This document shows, one piece after another, positions 25,211 through 37,117 of a stretch of DNA of 64,000 bases. This DNA comes from Fimicolochytrium jonesii. Lineage: Eukaryota. A model generated the notes under the pieces. The model was given only the letters and a program-made list of their open reading frames with translations. It ran no database searches and had not been told where the DNA came from. The stretch lies in NCBI RefSeq assembly GCF_025526975.1, contig NW_026515701.1:124001-188000 (forward strand). The letters run 5' to 3'. The position numbers and the translations under genes were made by a program. How positions within the stretch are numbered: position 1 is the stretch's first letter; the number at the start of each line of letters is the position of its first letter.

Positions 25211-27124
25211 ATGTCAGCGAAGAGGGCGAGGTCACCCTCCCCATCGAGTGGGTCTGACTCTGCCACGGACAGTGATTCGGCTAACGATCGCCCTCCAAAG
25301 CGGCATGGCAAATCGCGACCGCGGGCATATCGCAAACAGCAGCGAAAGGAATTGAAGAGACCGGAATGGGACGAGGCCTGGCGTGAACTTCGCTGTGATC
25401 GCCGGCGGAATGCCTGTCGGAGAGCGCTGGGGCAGTTACGCAACGCGGCCTCTCGCCAGAGCGACGGTGAAGGAGAGGCGCTACCCGAGCCGACAGGCGA
25501 CAAAAGCTCGATTCGTGTTACTAAAGGGGGCTCCTGGACTGAAGCGGTCGCATATGTGCCGACAATGTATACCATCACCACCCCTGAAAACCCGGTGAGA
25601 CGTTCTACGATTTTTTCGCCAACGAAGCAGAGCAGCAGATGGAAGGCAGATCTGGCGGACTGGAGTTTCAACCAAGACTTGCATAGGCAGATGGCTCGCG
25701 CGTTCGTCGAAAAAACCTTATCCATGCAATCACCATCGCTTGTGCGTGGCTTGTACTATAAGATGGAAGACGAACACCCCCACCACAGGCGGGAAGAGAA
25801 AGAATTGCTCCAGTTGCTGAAGGACTGCGGAAAGACGGAGGAGGACGTCCTGAATTTGGTGGAAAATCATCTGGCGGTCTTGTACGGGGCAAAATCACCA
25901 ATGTGCGGGGAATTTTTTGAGCTTTGTCGGATGTGTGGAAACATGGGATGCGCTCGACATCTCGCGTCCATGCGGCGATCAAGTGAAGTCCCTAAACGAA
26001 AAGGGCTTTCGGAACCCTGCGGCGAAGATTGTGTCTATTCTGCGGTCTCTGCCCAGCGAGAGGTTCCTATGCGAGATTGGGCGCGGCATGAGCTGGAAAC
26101 CCTGTGTGTGGCGCTCAGGACGTTTGGATTCGCACCGTGTAGGGTGGCATCCGCTTTCGACGAAAGGGACTGTGTTGAGGTGGACACCATACTGAGAAGT
26201 CTGGAGGAGAATGATCCGTCGTTGGATGTCAGGATTGAGGCGAACTTTCTGTCAAGCCTACGAGCTGAAGTTCTAGACATTCGTCGCCTAGCCACGACGG
26301 TCACAATCATGCCTATCCCGCCTTCGAGACCGTATTACCCGAAAATGATTCGCCAATCGAAGCCACCCTGTGACTGCGAGGACCATGAGCACAGTGAGCT
26401 GGCCAGCGTGTGCAAGCAGAGCATGTGCCGTTGCGCCAACAGCGGGAACTACTGCGATCGACTGTGCGCTTGTTCCAAACACTGCCCCATACGGTATGAC
26501 GGCTGCGACTGCGACGACGAAGATGCCTGCGACATCACCTCGCTTCCGATAGATTTCATAAAAGGCGAGGGGCCCCGGTTCAGAACGAGCGACAGTCAAT
26601 GTCGATGTGTCAGAGAATCTCGCGAATGCGACCCGGACGTTTGTGGCCGGTGCGGCGCCGATGAGCATCCACATGATGTTGGAAACAAATGGAATTGCGG
26701 AAACCAGTCAATGCTCAGACGCCTCGCTCAACAAATGGTAATTCGCGACTCTCCCCTTCACGGCCGAGGAGCGTTTCTGACAGCGGCCGTGAAAAAGGGT
26801 ACTTATCTTGGCGAGTACACCGGAGATTTGATCGGACCCGAAGAGGCGGACAGACGGGACGACGCCATGGGCGCCGACACCGTTTACTTGTTCGATATGG
26901 ACAACACGGCCAACGGAAGCCATCTTATGATTGACGCGAGAACGAAAGGCAACAAAACACGGTACATCAACGAGGATTCGAATGGGACTGCGAATTGTTT
27001 CTTTCACGTCAAGGTTGCCCTTGGCGAATACCGTTGCGGCGTATATGCCGCCCGAGATATCGCCGCTAATGAGGAGCTCTTAGTTTCCTATGGGGCGAAA
27101 TTCAGCGCAAGGTATGGAAAATAA
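25211..27124 (+). CDS. E(z)/EZH-like SET-domain protein (PRC2 catalytic subunit family), intronless
   Basis: SAL-like VPTMY, MCSS CRMC...C..H and EPCGEDC, SANT2-like segment, double CXC ending RECDPDVC, SET (HGRGAF, EYTGDLI, EELLVSY). Confidence 0.88.
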   Translation: MSAKRARSPSPSSGSDSATDSDSANDRPPKRHGKSRPRAYRKQQRKELKRPEWDEAWRELRCDRRRNACRRALGQLRNAASRQSDGEGEALPEPTGDKSSIRVTKGGSWTEAVAYVPTMYTITTPENPVRRSTIFSPTKQSSRWKADLADWSFNQDLHRQMARAFVEKTLSMQSPSLVRGLYYKMEDEHPHHRREEKELLQLLKDCGKTEEDVLNLVENHLAVLYGAKSPMCGEFFELCRMCGNMGCARHLASMRRSSEVPKRKGLSEPCGEDCVYSAVSAQREVPMRDWARHELETLCVALRTFGFAPCRVASAFDERDCVEVDTILRSLEENDPSLDVRIEANFLSSLRAEVLDIRRLATTVTIMPIPPSRPYYPKMIRQSKPPCDCEDHEHSELASVCKQSMCRCANSGNYCDRLCACSKHCPIRYDGCDCDDEDACDITSLPIDFIKGEGPRFRTSDSQCRCVRESRECDPDVCGRCGADEHPHDVGNKWNCGNQSMLRRLAQQMVIRDSPLHGRGAFLTAAVKKGTYLGEYTGDLIGPEEADRRDDAMGADTVYLFDMDNTANGSHLMIDARTKGNKTRYINEDSNGTANCFFHVKVALGEYRCGVYAARDIAANEELLVSYGAKFSARYGK

Positions 27125-27337
27125 CGCACCAATGGCAAATCCGTAGTGGATAGGCATTGTAGATGGAGATTTAGGCGGCCAACTGCCTTCTTGTAAATAG
27201 TCGGAATAAAGCCCGAAAGATCGTGTATATCATCAACCGTAATATTTACATACTCGCCAAAAACCTATCTTAGTGGGATTATCTACATATACTGCCTGCG
27301 CAAGCATTCCCGTTTGATTTACATCGAGACTTGGTCA

Positions 27338-30300
27338 TCAACGAAGTAAAGCCGTACGATCAACTATGTGGCGCTTCCTTCCCATCCTTCCTCGTCCCTT
27401 TGTTACTGGCACGATCGGCGAATCGTCGTCCTCCAGTATGTCGCCCCACGTTTTCTTTTGCAAGGAAGTAACATACGCCTTTGCTTCGTCGTCCAACTCC
27501 ACTGGTAGGGTTAAGATGCTGGTGGGTGCCACCTCCATCGGCGTGTTGTCCTCCCCCGGACCTGCAGGACTGGAGATGTCGGGAGTACCGTCTGCTTCTT
27601 CTTCAAGTTCGGAAAGGTTCATGCCTTCGCCAAACAGACAGTACCGCACGTCTCTCATCCCGACCTGTTCGCCACCGCCGCCCGTCCGGTTCTCCAGACC
27701 CACCATTCTTACGTTGACTTCCACGTCTTCCTCCTCAAACACCGGCGACTTTCCACCTCCATTGTCTCGCTGCAACTGCTCTGCTACCAATCGCCTCCTC
27801 GCCGCTCTTCCGACTGCATGCACCCGTTCCTCAACAGTGCCTCTCACAATGTACCTCCAAACGGTTGTTTCCCGGGTCTGCCCAATCCGATGCACTCGCC
27901 CGATCGCCTGCTCCTCGAGCCCGATGTTCACAACAGGCTCAACGAGGAACACGTGGTTTGCGCTAACGAGGGTCAACCCGCTGCTCTGGCTCCGCGCATT
28001 GAGCATGAACACCTCCACGTCGTTATCGTCCCTGAACCGCTTCAGCGCGTCGCGTTTGTTTTTCGAACGGGACTTTTCCAGTTTGACAAATTCGATGCCG
28101 TTCCGGGTCAGTCCTTCGCTGAGAATATCAAGGACATGCTCCCATTGGGAGAAGACGAGTGACTTGGCGGTCGGGTCGATCAGGCGGAGGTATCTAAGGT
28201 GCCGGATCAGCGTGTCGAGCTTGGTGCCGTAGGAGCCTTTGAGCGGGATGTTTGCCAGGTGGCCGAGGAGGATGTAGTTAGCGGAAGATTGCTCGGTTGC
28301 GCTAGACCCTCCGACATCGCCATTGGTGGTGCCGCTGTTCGATCCGGTGCTACTGGAGCTGGCGCTTTGCGATGCGGGATTGCTCAGTGTGCCACGTAGT
28401 GACACTGGGGTGCACTGGGTGACCTGCACCGGCTGATTACATAGTGGGCATTTTCTGTATCTCTTGATCCACGCCGCTGAGCATTCTGATGTACGACTCA
28501 ATATTAGCAAACAATCTCTGGAAGCATTGCGAGCACGATGCACATTACCTGCACAATATATATGCCCACAAGGCGTCACGACACCTTCCGTGAACGCCGT
28601 CTTGCACACCAAACACTCCCATGTTTTTTCTACCGCATTCGCACGTTCCCGCTCCTCCTTCATCAGGTTCTGCAAGTAGCGTTTTCGAGAAAGCTGGTTG
28701 ACGAGGAGTTGCTGCACCTCTGCCTCATGCGGGTCCAGTTTCTTCAAATCTTCATCGATTTCCTTCATAGGCGGCTCCTCAAGCGGGACAACGCCGTCGG
28801 AGATTCTCTGCAGGTGGCGAAAATATCCTACGCGCAGGTTGAAAAGTTTTGAAAAAGCATGCACTTCTCTGTTTGGGAAATTAGAGTCGTCGCAAGTACG
28901 ATGGAACTCGAAATATGGTGCAAACCGACCTTTCCAACAACGTCAGGTTCGCGATCTCCTTCTCCACAGCTTTCGGTAACCCTTGCAAAGCGTTGCTAAG
29001 CATCCGCTTCTCAATGGCCGGCAAGTCCCTCTGCTCCAGCTTCTTGAGCTCCGCAACCAAGTCTTTCGCAGGCAGTGCGCCAAACGGCAGAACAAACTGC
29101 TTCTTCGTCTGCTCCAGCTGCAAACGCAACTCCTTGTCTTTCTCGTTCTCCGTGACCGCTGTACTGCGCTCTTCAGAGACTCTAAACCCCGTGAGAAGCT
29201 GACGCCGGTCTGCTAGGGCCAATTGATACGCCGCCTGATACACGTCTGCCCGAGACTGCGTGTCTACTCCTTTTTGGTACTCCTCCACACTCGGCGGCTC
29301 CTTATTCCCCGAAGCGATCAACGATTCAACGCTGGTCTCGTTCAATGGCGCAAGCAGAGCATCTACGATCACTTTCCTCCAACTCATAATCTCATCCCAC
29401 TGACCCTCCAGCTTGCCCGAGAGGTCGTCCAGCCCGGAAAGCGCGTTTCCAATAACGAATCCCGCGTGCGGTAGGTTGGTGTCCGCCAGCCGGGTTCGAC
29501 GTGAAGCAGCCATTTTCTCATCAAGGCCACGAGTATACGCCCTAAACCGCTCGATCATCTTGGTAACATCTTCAATAACAGGCCGCAGGATGCGGAGCCG
29601 TACTTCCTCCGCCTCGATGTAACCCTTGTTCTCGGATGCTTCGTCGCCGATAGAGTGGAAGAGACAAGCAAGGAAGTAGGTGACGCGGTGTTCGAGCTCC
29701 TGCCATGTACGGAGGTGACCTGTTGCTGACTGGAGGTCTTCGCGTAAGTCGCTTTGCGTGTCCATGTCGCCTTTGCGGGACATCTCATCATTCTCATCGA
29801 TCTCGAAGGCGTCATCTTGGTTGTCTGACGCACTTGAAAGCTGCGATTGCTTCTTTTCGGTCTCAGCTATGTGCTCCTCTAGATCTTTGATGACCCTCCG
29901 TACTTGCTGCAGAGTCGTTTCATAAATTCCGACCACTGTAGCTGCATTGGCCCATTCATCTGCCTTGCTTTTAAACTCCAGTAGCTGAGCTTTGTTGATG
30001 CGCGCCTGCACAATCTGACGCTCGTACAATAGTATTTGATTATTTGTCTGCTTGTGCATAACATCCAGCACCTCATCGATGGAGCGCAATGTGCCACCCA
30101 GTACGCTGCGGTTCCGTGTCCCGACCTGCGGATGGCAGCACGTCTGACGCAACTGTAGAAGCCAGCCTCGAAGCTTGCCCGCAAGCTCCTCCTTCTCTTG
30201 ACTCGTCCTCGCTTCTTGGACAGCGTCCATCATCTCATCGAATTGCTGGTTGTACCATGTCCGCTCGACTCTGCTGAAATCAAGGTGGAGCGTGTTCTCG

Positions 30301-32129
30301 TGTTGTGGTGGGAGAGTCAATTCGGACCTGAGATCTCGCTTCAGATTGCGATGCATGAACCGTCTGAGGACGTCAATGAGTCGAAGACGATGCACCGGGT
30401 TCGTCAGACGATTCCAAATGTGCTTATAGCTTGTAAAAGGTTCGATCCCGAGAAAGGAGATCAACCCTCGGAGATCGTTCCATCCATTCTTTCCGATAGG
30501 TGTTCCCGTCACAGCCCACGGATGCACTCTCGGCAGCATGCGAGCCATCTTCGCCGCCTTGTTCACGGATGATTCGACCATCTGGGCTTCGTCGAGTACC
30601 ACCCTGAACCAGTGCAATCCCATCAAGGGCGATTTTCGCCGCGGATGTGCCCGTGCGTGACGCCGTGGTCTTTCATTATCCGGCATTGCGGCGTTCAGGT
30701 CTTTCCGAAGGGTATCATACGTAGTCAAGACGATATCGTACGAGGAAAGATCCGTCGGTGACACGGACTCATTCCCGTCGTACACAGTAACCCCAAGAGA
30801 CGGCGCATGGCGCCCCAACTCGGAAACCCATTGCTCGAGAATCGCACTTGGGGTGATGACCAGCGTGCTTGCACTCGGTATGATTTCCTTATTGCTTTGC
30901 GGTGCCGTGCCCGGTTTTTCGTACCGGTGAAGCAACAGCAGTGCAATCAACATGACCGTTTTGCCAAGACCCATCTCGTCGGCCAGTATCCCACCGAGAA
31001 CTTCACGCTCGTTATCCTGACCCGCAGGTCGCTGCACAGATATGGAGCCGGTCATTCGATGAACATACAGGAAAATGCCGGGCGCCGTTTCAATTTTATC
31101 ATATAGAATTGGGATGTCATCATCTTCGCGATTCAAAGGGCGAGGAACGATTTGACCCTGCGCATTGACTGTGACGCCCTCCCGCCAAAGCATCCAGCCC
31201 ACAGCTCTCTTTTGGAACGGAAGCATGGTCGCAATCAGATCTTCCGGCTGCAGCACCGGAGCGGTGTCCGGGATTGGATAGACAGCGGGCACAAGACGGG
31301 GTGGCTGTGCCCCTGACAGGGCGACATCGGTTATCGTCCGCGTTTCCGGCGGATACAGATGGAAAAGCATATCGTCCATTTGCCTCGCAAGGTTATACGT
31401 TCGCGAATCAATGGCATCCGCGTGTGCCGCCTTCAAAGAAAGAGGTGGTAGCATTATATTGATCCGCAGCTGGAGCCCAATGGTTGGGTTTCCCCCGATC
31501 GTTCCGCGCAAAATCACTCCATACTTTTTCCAGGCATAGTAGATGGAGTGCCAGAGCGATTCGCATCGTCGATTACATGGGTCTCTACAATCAAAAGTAC
31601 TTTCTTTGAGATCAGAATCATATTTCGTTGTCTCCCATCCCATGGGTTCGAAGTAGGCCACTCTCAGCGGTCCGTATTCCACTGAAATCAATAAGAGCTC
31701 ACTAGCTCCCTCGAAACGGACATCCAATGCATAAGAATCCATCGACACCTGCCAGTCGTATGTCGAAGCAAGAGCATCGTTGTTTTTGATTTCCAGATCG
31801 ACGACAACTTCACCAAGAAATATCAAATTTCCGCGCTGAAAAGTGACAGGCCCGGTAAGTGGGACGGCCTCCGAGTCGTATATGACTTCCATAGTCCACT
31901 TCTCTCGTGGGGGCCGACCGTAATATGACGCAGAGACATACTGTTGAGAATCCAAACTTGGAGATACGAGCTGACGATCTCGAGAAGCGCAAGCAGTTCC
32001 GTCGGTGTTACACGGCCGTTTCGACGGTCTGTCAGAGCCATGAGCATCCTCCCTGGGCCGTTTGTAAGCCCCATCCTTTGCGAAGAACAACGCGAGTGCG
32101 TCGATGAAGAGGATGCCTGCTTCCGTCAT
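27338..32129 (-). CDS. IRC20/SHPRH-like SNF2 helicase with RING E3 domain; 3 exons
   Basis: GGILADEMGLGKT, VVLDEAQ, WAVTGTP, RING CLVC...CGHIYC...CPLC, helicase-C QAIGRVHRIGQ. Confidence 0.9.
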
Positions 32130-33042
32130 AGCGGTGGCGCTTCGGAAAACGACAGCTGTCTAGATCTAGAACTAGGTGCCGGCCAGAGCGTGCAGGCTGT
32201 GTCCCAGGATCTGCGAAGCTAGTGGTTCTAAATGGAGGCGACGTTTCGGGACGTTCTTGAAACTTGAGAATTTGGGGAAGCCATCGAAGTGTGAACTCTG
32301 TGAGATGATGACGTAAGCAAAACACGGTCCCCCCAGTGAGTCACTCCATTCCTTTCTGTCCAGAACAACTGGCCAGCTTCAATGAATTGAATTCAGGATG
32401 AGAACGTATGTGAGGCTCCTTGCTTCAAGTCAAAGTCAGACCCAAGGGAATGCATACCCCCTTACGGCCACTGTCTATTATGCTTCCCATGCCCGCAAAA
32501 CGACCAGGTAAGATCATTATGGGCATCGTCTGCCGTCTGCCCAGTGCCGTCTGCCGGCTGGAAAGCTGAAGAAAGGTTAGGGTGGATCTGAGATCTGGAT
32601 TCGTTGGCTCTTGCGATCGTGGCTCGCGCAAAAATGAAGCTGACACGCCCAGGGGCAAGGGGGCACAATTCCCAAGTGGAACTTCCAGCTGGAGAGCATT
32701 CTGACTGTTTGTGACCTTCATGAATTCAATTCGGGAAGCAGACGTTCCATGAACCGACACCGCGGGTCACTGCCCGCCACACGCGCCCCGCTCGGCGCCC
32801 AATTGTTTAAGTTGAGGCCCCTTACGTCCCAGCTGTGCCAGTGCCCGTGCGGTGCGCGTATCTCCGTGTCCGTGTGGGGGAGGGGCGCCTCAGATCATTC
32901 GGGGGATCGAATGGTCACGGAATGGATCTGTTTCGAGTTGCACAAGCCGCGTGGCCCCGCGTAATCGCGTCCGGCCGATAACGCGGGGGCACACCACCGC
33001 CGCAACGCTGTCCTGCAAGTCCCAAGTCAAGCTATCAAGGTT

Positions 33043-33049
33043 TATAAAA
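33043..33049 (+). promoter_or_regulatory. Putative TATA box
   Basis: TATAAAA about 185 bp upstream of the permease ATG. Confidence 0.45.
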
Positions 33050-33230
33050 GCGCCGCCCCGTCCTGACGGCCCCCCCTCCACGATGCTCTCTGCATATCTT
33101 CCCAACAACCGCCCTCGTTCTTTCTTCGCCTGCTGTCCGCTGGTCGGCTCAGGTTCTCTTCTCGGCCGCATATTTTGGTGCTGAAAAAACCCCCCCAGAC
33201 CGCGCTTGCCCCACGTAACACGCTCTCGCA

Positions 33231-34997
33231 ATGGCGTTCGGAAAAGGTAAAAACGACTCCGTTGCGACAATGGAAGAGGTCCACGGCCACCCCGACTACG
33301 CGGGTGAGCCTGTCAATACCGGACACGAGCTCCACCGCGCGCTGAAGAACCGTCACATTGCTATGATCTCCATGTAAGTCACTGATGACCCTCTAATCGA
33401 CAAGAAATCTAGGAGTCTTGAGCTGACAGAGTGGCCCTTTTCCTTATAGTGGTGGTGTCATTGGAACCGGTCTGTTTTTAGGGACTGGTACCGCCCTCCA
33501 CAATGGTGGACCGGCTGGTCTCCTGCTAGGCTACGCGATTATGGGGACCATTTGCTTCGCTGTGATGACCTGTATCGGAGAGATGGTTGCCTTCCTCCCC
33601 GTCGCCGGAGGTCACATCACCCTTGCCCGCCGTTTCGTCGACCCCGCGTTCTCGTTTGCCTTGGGCTGGAACTACTGGTACAACTGGGTCATTACGCTCC
33701 CCACTGAATTGACCGCCGCCGCCCTGATCATCAACTTTTGGGGTTGGGACGTCAACTCTGGTGTATGGATCACGATCTGTTTGCTCCTTGTCGTGGCCAT
33801 CAACCTGCTGGGTACAAGAGCCTATGGCGAAGCCGAGTTTTGGTTTGCAAGCATCAAAGTGCTCACCATCGTCTGTAAGTATACATTTCTTTGCCTCATT
33901 ATCAGGTGTTTCCTTCCTAACGCTCCAACTCCGCAGGCCTCATCATCGTTGGGATCGTCATTGCCGCTGGAGGCGGTCCGAACGGCAATGCTTCAGGCTT
34001 CACTTACTGGAATGACCCAGGCGCATTCAACGACAACTTCAATGGCATCACTGGCAGTCTCGGAAAATTCCTCGGCTTCTGGGCCGTTCTGATTCAGGCC
34101 GCCTTCTCCTACATCGGAACCGAGATTGTCGCCATCGCCGCCGGAGAGGCCGAGAACCCTCGCCGCAACATTCCCAAGGCCATCAAACGTGTGTCCTTCC
34201 GTATCGTCACCTTTTACATCCTCGGAACCTTCGTTATCGGCTTGACCGTCGCGTACAATGACCCCACTCTGATTGCGGCGAAAGACGGAACCGCCAACGG
34301 CAGTCCTTTCGTCATTGCCATCAAGAACGCAGGCATCGGCGTTCTTCCCTCCATCATCAACTTCTGTGTCTTGACGTCTGCTTGGAGTGCTGCCTCCTCC
34401 GACCTGTACACCTCTTCCCGCGCCCTGTACGGTTTGGCTGTCAGCGGACAGGCCCCCAAGATCTTCACGCGCACAAGCAAGAACGGTCTTCCTTACTATG
34501 CCGCCGCCGTTTCCATCCTTTTCACCTCTCTGGCTTACCTGTCGCTCTCTAAGGGAGCTGGCAAGGTGTTCGGCTGGTTGCAAGATCTCACTGCCATCTG
34601 CGGTCTCATCACGTGGACTTGCATCTGCATCATTTACCTCCGTTTCCACGCCGGAATGAAGGCTCAGAACATTGACCGCAACCGCCTCCCTTACAAAAGC
34701 CCCTTCGGCGTGTGGGGTGCCTACTACGCCCTTGTCTGGATTATCATCGTCATGCTCACCAATGCATGGCAAGTCTTCCGCCCGGGCCATTTCGACCTGG
34801 AGATCTTCATCACATCCTACCTGCCTCTACCCCTTTTCTTCGTACTCTTCGCTGGAGCCAAGATCTTCAACAGGACAAAGTTCATCGCTGCCCAAGACAT
34901 GGACTTTGTCACTGGAGTCCGGGACTTTGAGGAGAGTCACGACACCACCAAGAAGCCCCGGACGCGTGGCCAGAGGGTCTGGAACTGGCTTATGTAG
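33231..34997 (+). CDS. Amino-acid permease (APC/YAT family, DIP5-like); 3 exons
   Basis: LKNRHIAMIS|GGVIGTGLF, YGEAEFWFASIK, GTEIVAIAAGEAENPRRNIP, LPYKSPF. Confidence 0.93.
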
Positions 34998-36207
34998 GAG
35001 GTCGTTCTACTTCCCCACCCCTCACATGTAAAGAACATTTTCCCCACCTCCCCATCACCACTGTAAACCGATGTAAATTTCACCTGCTACATTCCCCTAC
35101 CCCCCTTATCACATCTCTTCGTAATATTACTGTGGTTTAGGAAACCACTCGTAATGAGACAATCGTCGCTTCGCTCTATGCGTCCGGCTCTCGGTTCAAC
35201 TCGGGGTGTTTAGGCGTTTGGCTAGTGCCGCCTTGATGCGTGCTTGATTGATCCTGTGATGTTCCAATCTAGGCGCCCAGATTTATCTTGTGTCATGGTC
35301 GCAATCGCACACAGTCCTATCTGTTGTACGTTTTGCGCGTGCGTCTGCTATCAAGGCTATCATGGCAGTTTAGGGGCTTGCCAAGGCGGCCTAGGAGGCC
35401 AGGAACCCTTTCGGGCCCAGCCAGATATCGAGATCACCTCGAAAGAGGCGCCTCGGGAGCGACGGGGCAAGCAACTTGAAGCAAGGCGAGCGCGCGCGTG
35501 GTGCTTATGCAAGGGAAGAGACGCGTTCTCTCATAAGCAGACACCCACGCGTGAGCCTGCTCTTCTCGTTTTCATCGAGTCTGTCACTACCTCCCGATTC
35601 CTCATCGCTCTTGTCCTCCTTCCAATTTCTGTGCTCGGTCCCTTGGACGCAGTTCTTTCGGTGAGTGCCTTTTGGATCATCCATATGTCATCCAACGTGT
35701 TTAACCTTCTATTGAAGGTACCGGAGTCTGTCTTGCCCTCTTCGGCGAATGGCGTCACCCCCATCCTCATCAAGATGGAAAGGATGGACAGGTTGCTCCC
35801 ACCCCCCCTGGACTTGCAGACGACGCTTCACCGGCCGGCCGGCCAACTTTGAATCAGATATATCTCGCTCAGCAGGCATGCTATGTTATGTCGGCGAGAC
35901 GGGGTCGCACGTCGCGCGTTCAAAAGGTAAGTGCCTGGGAAACCGCCCAGTTGAGTCCAAACGCTTCAGGTTTTCGTCAACCGCGGACATGTAGTAGACG
36001 GGGCCCTTCAACAAAAGGTAGGCTAGCGCGCGACAGGTCACTAGCGTTTAACAACAGGTTATGGAGGATGCTGGGTGGAGCTGTGTCGGCCAATGCATCC
36101 GGCATTGTACGTGTCGCTCGTACAGCATACCTACGTCTGCGGGCCCCGGATTGTCTTGCGCGTCCTCTGCGTCCTCGCCCCGGATCCAGAACCAATGCTT
36201 CCTGTGC

Positions 36208-36234
36208 GCCGCCGCCGCCGCCGCCGCCGCCGCC
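36208..36234. repeat. (GCC)9 microsatellite
   Basis: Nine perfect GCC units. Confidence 0.95.
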
Positions 36235-37117
36235 TCGACAATACCCGCCGCCCGTGTACCGAAATATCATGGGGGAGATAGGAGGATCACAGAGGTGAGC
36301 AGACTTCATTTTCATTATTGCGATTGACGACATGAAGTCCCGGGCATATTCTAGCTATGTCTATCTAACTACTGAAGGGCCACTGGGAGCGATCCATAAG
36401 CCCAGACGAGAGAGGGGCCAAGGCGTTGAGGAACACCGGGAACTTCAGTGTACTCCCAACAGTATGCAACCCGGTGTTTTCTCCCGTTACTAAACGCTCC
36501 CCTCAGAATGAGGTGTCCGCTGGTCCGACGATGAGCTGCCCGTATGTCTAATCCACCAGTACTGAGCGGGATTACTGGTATCCTCTCCCTGAGCGACAGA
36601 GTTGTAGCATAAGGAATCTGACGCGCCATTGAATATGACTGATGTTCATACTCCGCCGAATGCTTGTAGGATAGCCCCCATCAGTTTCATTTTCACGGTG
36701 GACCCGCCAGCGGCGCCTCGCAAACCCCAGCGGTCGGCAGTCCGATGCCACTAGTTTTAGCGAAATCGGGTTCGAGTGGGTTCTTAACCCCTCAGGAACG
36801 ATCAGCGACAAGCTCCCTTGAACGACCATAATCGATCTTGGAGCGGTCGATTCCCGCCCGAATACCTTCAAGAGTGCGTGGCTTTACGGCGACCGAGACA
36901 GGCACAGCAGCCGCGACCTCCGTGTGAACGCTGATGGGTCGCCCGCCGCTCGAGGAGGTGTGTTCACAGTGAGTCGGACGTCTGACCGGTCCCGACAAGC
37001 CATGAGCTCAGCATCACCACACCGGTGCGGGATGGCTTTGTCCAGCTTTGCCCAGCTTGCTTGCACGGGTTCGGGCGTTCCTGCCATACGTCCATATGTC
37101 TTTTGAAACAGCATGCC

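Noticed and set aside
17408..32129. Chromatin/repair gene cluster (RING, RSC9, EZH, IRC20)
   Set aside because: These functional classes are common, and there is no synteny or co-regulation evidence
33382..33408. Hammerhead core CTGATGA...GAAA in the permease intron
   Set aside because: Stem II and the flanking stems do not form
35244..36298. 202-aa and 149-aa plus-strand ORFs
   Set aside because: Non-ATG starts, atypical composition, no domain motifs; the poly-Pro comes from the GCC repeat
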